A stretch of DNA of 64,000 nucleotides. It comes from Neophaeotheca triangularis. Its lineage: Eukaryota. This document shows, one piece after another, positions 55,814-64,000 of the stretch. How positions within the stretch are numbered: the stretch's first letter is position 1; each line of letters begins with the position of its first letter. The notes under the pieces are model-generated. The model saw only the letters and a program-made list of their open reading frames with translations. It made no database searches and was not told the DNA's origin. A program made the position numbers and the translations under genes. The DNA lies in the NCBI GenBank assembly GCA_054600435.1, contig BAAIJX010000005.1:620001-684000 (forward strand), read 5' to 3'.

Positions 55814-56454
55814 TTGGGAGGTCCCTTGTTGAGGATGAGTTGGAGGGCCTGTCTAGAGTTTCTCGGGTCGTGAAAAGAATTGTAAGACGGGGTGTGTACA
55901 GCTTGTCCGGTGCCGACGGAGTGATACGAATTGTCATTTATGTATGTATATGGCGACATACTGAGCGTTGTAGCGGTTGCGGCCTGCAAGCGTTGGTTTT
56001 GATATACATGCGACGATACCTCGATTAAGTTTTGTCATGTCCATTCTCCTAGGTTAAGTATTGTATGGTTGCATTTACTACCTACATGAGCTGTTCAAAT
56101 GCATGTCGTTGGAGAGAGGTAGAGAGAGAAGCGTACCCCATGTGACAACATTGAACGGCTGTGGACGGGTCACGAATCGCCAGCAGACGCGCTTGAAGAA
56201 GAAGCACTCAAGCACTCGATCAGCCAAACTTCAACCAAGCCCCTGCAAGTCCAGCCATATCACATGTCCCTACATTAATAGTTTTGTATTTGCTGCCAAT
56301 ACTAGGGCTCAAGCGCTGCTCCGTCAGACTGACTAGAGATTATCACGTCCTTGCCGCAGACTCGTCACCCTCCAACTGCTATCAACAGCATCAGTGCTGA
56401 TGAAGCCAGCCCTAGTCCAACAGGCCCGGCAGTCATGATAGGAGAACAAACATC

Positions 56455-59400
56455 ATGCCCATTCGAGTCCTACTGAGAGATGGGCCCCAAAGGGCTATAG
56501 CCCTGGGCACCGACACCCACGTTCTCATTTTTCAACACAACACCTCCGCCGCAAGCTCGAGAAACCAATCTACTACTTCCGTAAATGAGGGAGCAGCGCC
56601 AAAATGTGTCGTCGAGTTCTCTACATGGGAGGCCGCGCAGATGCAAGGCTTCCGCTCGACGAGCTCTCTCAATGTCCAAGGCACTCTCGGTCTAGTCACC
56701 ATCAACAACGATGTCTTTTTATGCGTCGTCAGCCAGAGCTCCAAAGCCGCCACCTTACGCCCCGGCGAGACAGTACAGCGGATTCTTGGGGTCGAGTTTC
56801 ACTGCCTTAACCGGCCTGACTTTGACCATTTACTGCTCGATCAAGTAAACCCCTACCCGTCGGACGATCTCGATGCCGATGGTCGGGATCATAGGCACAC
56901 GCAAGACCCGCAGTTCGAACATCCCTGCATGGCCCTCAAGAAGCTGCTCAGTGGCGGCAGTTTCTACTACAGTGCCGACTTCGACCTGACCAAGAGGCTC
57001 CAGGACCGCTCTACCGATACTAGTACTGTGGCAATAGACAGTCTAGACGCCGGTTTCTTGTGGAATACATACATGATTCAACCTCTGGTTGACTTCCGCT
57101 CACGTCTGTCTGAGCAAGCACGAGTCGCCCTGGACGAGTCAAGAATCTTGACTTCTGCTATTCGAGGATTTGCGCTGACGGTCGCCGTGCCACCATCGTC
57201 TTCGCCAGCCAGGAGCAGCGCTTCTGGCATGCCGTCTAATCTGACGCTGATTTCGCGTCTCTCATGTCGAAGAGCAGGTACACGCTTCAACGCACGAGGT
57301 ATTGATGATGATGGCAACGTCGCAAACTTTGTTGAGACGGAGACCATCTACTGCACAGATGACCTCTGCTTCTCGTACGTTCAGATCCGAGGTTCGGTGC
57401 CGCTTTTCTGGGAGCAGGCGAGTGGCCTACCGGGACAGCAAAAGGTCACCATCACCCGGTCTACAGAAGCGACACAGCCGGCTTTTGACAGACATTTCGA
57501 GTCCGTGTTCAGAAGTTATGGGGACGTTTTTGTTGTGAATTTGCTCAGCGAGGAGAAGCCGAGCGAGATACAACTCACACGCCAGTACTTTGGACACATC
57601 GAGCGTAGTACGCTCAATTCGAGGCACAGTCACGGCGCTCACGACTCTTCGGACCACAAGCATATTCAGGCTGTCAACTATGATTTCCATGTAGGTTATT
57701 GAACTCGTTTTGTGGGCGATGGAGCAAGCTGACTTTGACTTCCAGGCCGAGACACGAGGACCGAATGGGTACGAAGCTGCCATTGGAATTACGCGCTATA
57801 TCAAAGACTCTGCACACGTCTTCGACTACTACCTGTCCGAAGAAGGTCAGGAAAAGCCACGCATCTCCGCGGGTGGCATGAGAAATTCCGTCTTGCAAGA
57901 TCAAAATGAAGTGCTCAAACAGGCGGGTGTCTTCCGTACAAACTGCATGGATTGCCTCGACCGCACAAACCTCGTTCAGACCATCATCTCGCAGATGGCT
58001 ATTACAATGTTCCTGGAGCAGAGGGGTGAGCAAAAGCCCATTTCTGACTTTTGGGCCAGACATGGCATGCTTTGGGCGGATTGCGGTGATGCTTTGAGTA
58101 AAATCTACGCGGGAACCGGTGCGCTCAAGTCATCCTTTACTCGGCACGGGAAGATGTCGCTTGCTGGTGCCTTTGCAGATGTTCGAAAGAGTGCGCAGCG
58201 ACTTTACATCAACAACTTCGAGGACAAAGGACGCCAGAATACCATCGATATGTTGCTCGGCAGACTCATCGGGCAAATCCCTGTGCATCTGTACGACCCC
58301 GTGTACGACTTTGTGACCGAACAGTTGTCTCGGAGGGCTCCCGAGTACACAAGCTCCGAGAAGATTAACATTTGGGTCGGTACTTTCAACGTCAATGGCA
58401 AGGCTGAGGGCCTCTACAGCGACCTCACGGAGTGGCTCTGCCCGGCTATTGATCAGTCGCTTCAGACACCAGAGATTGTGGCGGTGGCGTTTCAAGAGAT
58501 AGTAGAGCTGTCGCCACAGCAAATCATGTCCACTGATCCGTATAGAAGGCAGCAGTGGGAGGATGTTGTTCGGAAGACGCTCAACACACACGCACAAAGT
58601 CTTGGATCTGAGGAATATGTCTTGCTGCGAGGTGGACAGCTAGTTGGAGCTTCATTGTCCGTCTTTGTCAAAGCAAGCGTACTGCCATACATCAAGGACG
58701 TCGAGGGCGCGGTGAAGAAGACCGGAATGAGTGGTATGGCGGGCAACAAGGGCGCAGTAGCCATCAGGATGAACTACGCAGACACCACAATCTGCCTTGT
58801 AACCGCGCATCTTGCCGCCGGCTTCGCAAACTACCAAGAACGAAACCAAGACTATCAAACAATCAGCAGCGGCCTTCGTTTCCAGCGCAACAGGGCCATC
58901 CACGACCACCAATCCATCATCTGGTTTGGAGACTTCAATTACCGCATCGGAATGAGTAATGACAGAGCCCGCCAACTCATCGAGAAAGGCGACTTAGGGA
59001 CGCTCTACGAAAACGATCAACTCAACCTCCAAATGGTACACGGCAAGACTTTCCAGTTCTACGCAGAAAAAACACCCACATTCGACCCAACATACAAATA
59101 CAACCTCGGCACCGACGTCTACGACACCTCCGACAAAGCTCGTATACCCGCCTGGTGCGACCGCATCCTAACCAAAGGCGACAACCTCAGACAACTCTAC
59201 TACGAAGCCGCACCCCTCCGCTTCTCCGACCACCGTCCCGTTTGGGGACTCTTCCAATGCCGCATCAGCGTCGTCAACCAAGCGAAAAAGGACAAGATCT
59301 CCAACGACCTCTACGCCAAACGCCGCGCCAACATCGCTTCCCAACCAACCAGCAGCCTCCTCGACACCGACACGGAAGACGAATCTCAGCCCGCCGGCTA

Positions 59401-60172
59401 CGAGTCTGGAGAAGCCACAGGCGGCCTACCACCCGCCAGCTCCGACCGCCGCAAATGGTGGCTCGACCACGGCATGCCCGCCCGCTCCACCGCCAAACCC
59501 CCAGGCCCAAACTACGCTCCAAACCCCTCCCGCCCACCTAACCCCTTCTCCCCCACCACAGAACCCGACTGGGTCAACGTCGAAAAACCCTCGACCACAT
59601 CCCGCCAAAACAGCACCACCTCCCTCACCCCACAGCCAAACCCCCGAACCCGCACCCTCGCCGCCCCTCCCTCTCAACGCCCCCAGTCCCACACCTTCGA
59701 CGGCAACGGCAGCCGCGACCATCCTCCCCCCCAGCCCCCTCGGCCCCACAACACCACCACCCCACTCATCCCCTCCTCCACCTCCGAACCCCCCAACCAC
59801 CACCACAACCTCAAGCAAACTCTCCGAAAACCCGCGCCCCCGCCGAAACCCAAACCGAGCAACCTGCGCGACGGAACCGCACCCGCACCCGCACCCGCGC
59901 GCACCGCCACGCCTCCACTCGTCCCCGAGCCCCGGCGCACGGGTGCTGTTGCCAACGCTGCCCCGCCGAGAAAGCCCATCGCCGTGACCACTGGACTTGG
60001 GGGCTTGGCGAACTCCGGGGCACAGGGGCAGGGGGGAAACAGTGGTGGTGGTGGGGGAAATGCTCCCGAACTGCCTCGTAGGAGGCCTGAGCCCGGGAGA
60101 GGGTTGATGGATGAGGATGACGAGGAGGAGGTGAGGGGGTTGGGGGCCTGGGAGGTTCTGAGGCCCGGGTAG
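56455..60172 (+). CDS. Synaptojanin-like polyphosphoinositide phosphatase (SacI plus 5-phosphatase; Inp52/Inp53-like)
   Basis: SacI motifs RAGTRFNARGIDDDGNVANFVETE and RTNCMDCLDRTN. 5-phosphatase motifs GNKGAVAIR, WFGDFNYRI, PAWCDRIL and SDHRPV. Pro-rich tail. Intron 57691-57745. Confidence 0.95.
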
Positions 60173-61220
60173 GTGGGTGGGTGAGGGAGGGAAGGTGGAC
60201 TTGTTTGAGTTTGGCAGTGCGGGTGGGGGTTGAAATGGGGACGGGAGAGGGAAGGAAGGGGGAAGTTTGGGAGCTTGGGTATTGTTTTGGATGTGGTGTA
60301 AGTGTGGATGTGACTGAGGGCGGTTATGGTGTTGGTGGTGGTCGATGGTGGCGGGGGGCGAGGGTTTAGATTGGTGGGTCGAAGGCGGAGAACAAGGGGA
60401 ATCGGGCTGTATAGCGAACGCACACTTATACGCAAAAACTGTGCACGCCGGTCTGGAAGAGAATAAGCGTACCTTGATTTATCTTCTCCTTGTTGCGAAA
60501 ACACGTGAGTTGAAAACGTGGAATCTCTTTTTCATCTCTCGATAATAAACGTTTCTATCCTGTTCTATTCCACTCTACTACTACATACACACACCCTTTT
60601 TCCTGCCTGCGGAGATCAAACCACCGCCGATGTTTTTGCAATAGTGGATAGCGAGAGGAGTACTCGTACAAAACAATCCTGCCGACCTGCCTTAGCCTGC
60701 CAGCCTGCCTGAATGCCTGGATGCCAGCCAGCTCGTGGCCATTCGAAGTGCGGGTGAAGCGACCCCAGCCCACCCGCCCCGGCGATGCTGTCGAAATCTG
60801 CCCAGGATGCTGTTCGGAAGCATCCACGCGAGCGACGAGCCCAACAGAGGCACTACGCGCTCGAGAGCGATGGAGGCGGTCGAGATGGCCGATCGAGACT
60901 GGAGGCACGCACGACGCCAGACCGGCAGCAAAGGCAAAAAGCAGAGCTCGCGGCCATTGCAATCACCAACGTGCGAGCAGATAGGCTTACCAGCTAGCTA
61001 GGGCCTCAGCGTGCCAGCCAACCAGCCAACCAGCTAACCGACCAGTCTGTTAGCGAACCCGCGCGAACCAGCCCGACATCCAACCACCGTATCAAAACAG
61101 CCGGTGACTCAGACGCAACCAACCCTGTTCCTCCCTGCCATGCTCCATCCCCGAACAGATCCACCGCAACGGCCACAAACCACCAATCCACCCCTCCCAA
61201 ACAAGTCCTCCACCCATCCT

Positions 61221-62816
61221 CTACGACGGCCGCCAAAACCTCCAAGCCCCAGGATCGCCCCCACCCCCGACCAACTCCTCGACTCCCTCGCGGCCCTTGG
61301 CCTGCAAGAACACTTCCTGGTCAATCTCCACCCCGCCGACAACAGCCGGGTACAAAACCCCAACGCCATCGCCACCGAGGGTCGTGGTGAAGATTTCAAA
61401 ACCCTCTTGCTCGAGTTGGGATTGCAGGGACGCGAGACCCGAGGGCGCTTTTGTGGTGGCATTCTCGGAGTCGGAGTCCTTGGACGTGGGAGTGTTGGGA
61501 GTGGGGGAAGGGGTATTGTCCGGTTTGAGGAAAGTGATGGCGCAGCCGCCGCCACCGGCACCGGTCAATTTGGTCCAGCCGATGCCGGAGTCTTCGACGA
61601 GGTATTTGAGTCGTTCTAACCGCGGGTGTGAGACTCCCAGGGCGGTTAGCAGGCCGTGGTTTACTGCTGCCAGCTCGCCGAGGGCTTTGACGGCTTCGGC
61701 GCTCGTGGGGTCGAAGGAGTCGTCTGTGATTAGGGAATGCGCGGATTTGGTGACGCTGTCGATGGCATTGAGAAGGCTTTCGGTGACGACGGGGTGGGCT
61801 TTTTTGAGAGCGGCGACTTTGGCGACTTCGGCCGCGGTGCTTTTGGGTTGGCAAGTGTCGACTAGGAGGAGGGGGAGTTCGGGGAAGGCACGCAGGATTT
61901 GCACCAAGGGGGGGAGAGTGTAGTCGGTACGTTGGAAGAGGACGGCTCGGCCGTTGGTCGCGACGGTGTTGTCGACGCCCGAGGGGTTGCCGTGGATGAG
62001 CATTTCGCCTACAAAGGCCCAGCGGTTGATGCGTTCGAGTTGCGAGGCGGCTTCGGGGGAGGGCTGGTCGGGGTGCGGGCCGCTGAGGGCGCGGGCTTGC
62101 AGGAGAAGGGCGCTGGCGATGCAGACGGAGATGCTGGCGCTGCTGCCGAGGCCAGCGCCGATGGGGATTGTCGAGCGGAGGGTGTAGATGCAGGCGGGGG
62201 AGGAGGGGGAGCCGAGGGAGCAGAAGAGGTAGAGGAAGGTTGAGGCGGCGGCTTGATGGATTTTGCGCTTTTCCGGGGGGAGGTGGGTGCTGATGGGAGT
62301 GATGTGGGGTTGGAGGGCGGAGACGAGGTCTGGGTCGAGGGAGGTGACGAGGTCGTAGTACTTTTTGCGGCGCGAGGGGTGTGTGAAGCAGTCCCAAGGG
62401 AGCGAGGGGATGGACCAGGTGTGCGAAAGACCTATGTCGGAGAAGTTGAGCGTGACGGTTCGTTGCGATTTGGAGAGAGTGGTGCAGAGGAGGTAGGAGC
62501 GGAGGGAGATGGCCGCCGCCATGGCGGCTTTGCCGTGCACGACGGCATGTTCGCCATAGACTATGACTTTTCCCGGGGCGGAGACGATGAAGGGGGGTGC
62601 GAGCGGGTTGGAGAGTTTGCGGTCGTGGGCCGGACGGTGTGGGATGGATGTGGATGTGGATGTGCTGGTCGGGGTGGAATCGTCTTCGTTGCTGCTGCTG
62701 CTGGTCGAGTCCGACCTGTGTACTCCGCCTCCTCCTCCTCCCCCTCCTCCATTGGTATGTTTCATCTCGCCATTGACCCTACCACCATCGACCGAATTGG
62801 CACGCGTGCTGCTCAT
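61221..62816 (-). CDS. ERG12: Mevalonate kinase
   Basis: Motifs SAPGKVIVYGEHAVVHG, PIGAGLGSSAS (GHMP kinase), HGNPSGVDN and KLTGAGGGG. Confidence 0.95.
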   Translation of the reverse strand: MSSTRANSVDGGRVNGEMKHTNGGGGGGGGGVHRSDSTSSSSNEDDSTPTSTSTSTSIPHRPAHDRKLSNPLAPPFIVSAPGKVIVYGEHAVVHGKAAMAAAISLRSYLLCTTLSKSQRTVTLNFSDIGLSHTWSIPSLPWDCFTHPSRRKKYYDLVTSLDPDLVSALQPHITPISTHLPPEKRKIHQAAASTFLYLFCSLGSPSSPACIYTLRSTIPIGAGLGSSASISVCIASALLLQARALSGPHPDQPSPEAASQLERINRWAFVGEMLIHGNPSGVDNTVATNGRAVLFQRTDYTLPPLVQILRAFPELPLLLVDTCQPKSTAAEVAKVAALKKAHPVVTESLLNAIDSVTKSAHSLITDDSFDPTSAEAVKALGELAAVNHGLLTALGVSHPRLERLKYLVEDSGIGWTKLTGAGGGGCAITFLKPDNTPSPTPNTPTSKDSDSENATTKAPSGLASLQSQLEQEGFEIFTTTLGGDGVGVLYPAVVGGVEIDQEVFLQAKGREGVEELVGGGGDPGAWRFWRPS

Positions 62817-63806
62817 GATTGCTTTCTGATCTACCGTGACCACCTTGTGATCTCTCTTTATATATCTCTTATCTCTTATCTCTTATCTCTCCACGCGCAT
62901 CGAGTCTTTCGAGTCCACCTGCACTTGGTCGTCTCCGGCTCGAGAAGGCCAGCGAAAAGAGGAGAGGGTTCTTGGTGCATGTCCATGTTTGGCGCAATCG
63001 TTCGATTTTCTTTGTCTCTCCGAATGCGCCTCGATGGCCCGGCTTGCGTCAGTTTACTAGTTTAGTCGCTTCTGCCAGGGGCAACCGGGAAAACCTGGGG
63101 TGCGTCGATGTTCTCCATCTTGATTGGCTGTGGGTGATTTGCAGCTAGCAGCCGGCTGGGGATTGACGTCTCTCCGACAGGCTGGAGTGCAGGTTGAGAG
63201 GAAGGGGATGAAGAAGTCGTTTTCTCACGATTCTCGGGTGTGAAGAGAGCATGCTGTAGACTTGTAACGAAAACCCGGAATTCCAAAGAAAAAACACCTG
63301 ACAAAAACGAGCCGTTCTCCTCTACCGTTGTGAACACCTGCCAAGTCAAGCCCCTACATACTTGGACACAAGACTAGAAGAGCTATCATCAGCCAAAGCC
63401 GTTCTATACTATGGGAAAAGCCCCGCCTATAGTCTCCTCGCAAAAAGGGGGTTGTAGCCCGCCAAAGACGCAGCTGCTCCTGCTCCCCCCTTCTCTCTCA
63501 CTTCCACGTCACGTCCTGTTTGACGTCCGATGTAAGATACCCATTTGTCCCGAATTCTTCCGCACATGCGACTCATTCCATTCATGAAGAAAAAGAAAAA
63601 GGCTCCCACACCATACAAACATCGTCAACCCACCACGTTTGCTTCCCAATCCCACAAGCCCGCCTCGCTTTCCCCAAAACCCAATTTTCCCCAAAACCCA
63701 ATTGGCCCTACTACAAGCCATGGCAAATCTGGCACAGCAAGAGGCGAGCCAGAGTCGTCAGCCTCCAGCCCCTCCACCAGCAGCCTCCACAGACTGATAC
63801 AAAACT

Positions 63807-64000
63807 TCAGAGATCGTCATCATCAGCATTCTCGTTCTTATTGTCACGACGAATCGGGATTTTGATGCCTTGCTGCGCGAACTTTTTGCTCAACGGTGTG
63901 CTCTCAATCACTCCGGGGAACTTCTTGGCGCTGAAGACCTGGAATTTGTCGCTGAAACACGAGGCGAGGACGCGGGCTTTGCCCTTGTTGAGACCGCCGT
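63807..64000 (-). CDS. velB: Velvet regulator VelB, 3' end only (absent from the ORF track)
   Basis: Manual translation gives GGLNKGKARVLASCFSDKFQVFSAKKFPGVIESTPLSKKFAQQGIKIPIRRDNKNENADDDDL*, the conserved velvet-domain end in its VelB form. Confidence 0.88.
   Translation of the reverse strand, partial: GGLNKGKARVLASCFSDKFQVFSAKKFPGVIESTPLSKKFAQQGIKIPIRRDNKNENADDDDL

Overview
This is gene-dense eukaryotic DNA from a filamentous ascomycete: short GT-AG introns with CTRAY branch points, a velvet gene and a GH28 enzyme. Dothideomycete affinity is an inference only. About 27 protein-coding genes can be supported, mostly housekeeping: pyruvate carboxylase, clathrin heavy chain, eIF3j, PRE4, RPB11, ODC, STE24, RCY1, a synaptojanin-like phosphatase, ERG12 and the 3' end of velB. 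The window also holds two tandem GPI-anchored surface proteins, an MBD4-like glycosylase, a spliced con-8-like gene missing from the ORF track, and a decayed Tc1/mariner fragment. The most unusual element is a ~440-nt non-coding region at 29.59-30.03 kb on the minus strand. It has a 5S-rRNA-like loop E/helix IV-V head, a B-box, several G-U-containing hairpins, paired ends, a T18 terminator and a 9-nt telomere-template-like CUAACCCUA, which makes it a candidate undescribed Pol III RNA. Also notable are a non-AUG uORF ending Pro-Pro-stop in a 750-nt AUG-free ODC leader, a second cloverleaf-like structured element at 23.2 kb, and a GC-AG first intron in pyruvate carboxylase. All calls come from reading the sequence by eye; no database searches or folding programs were run.
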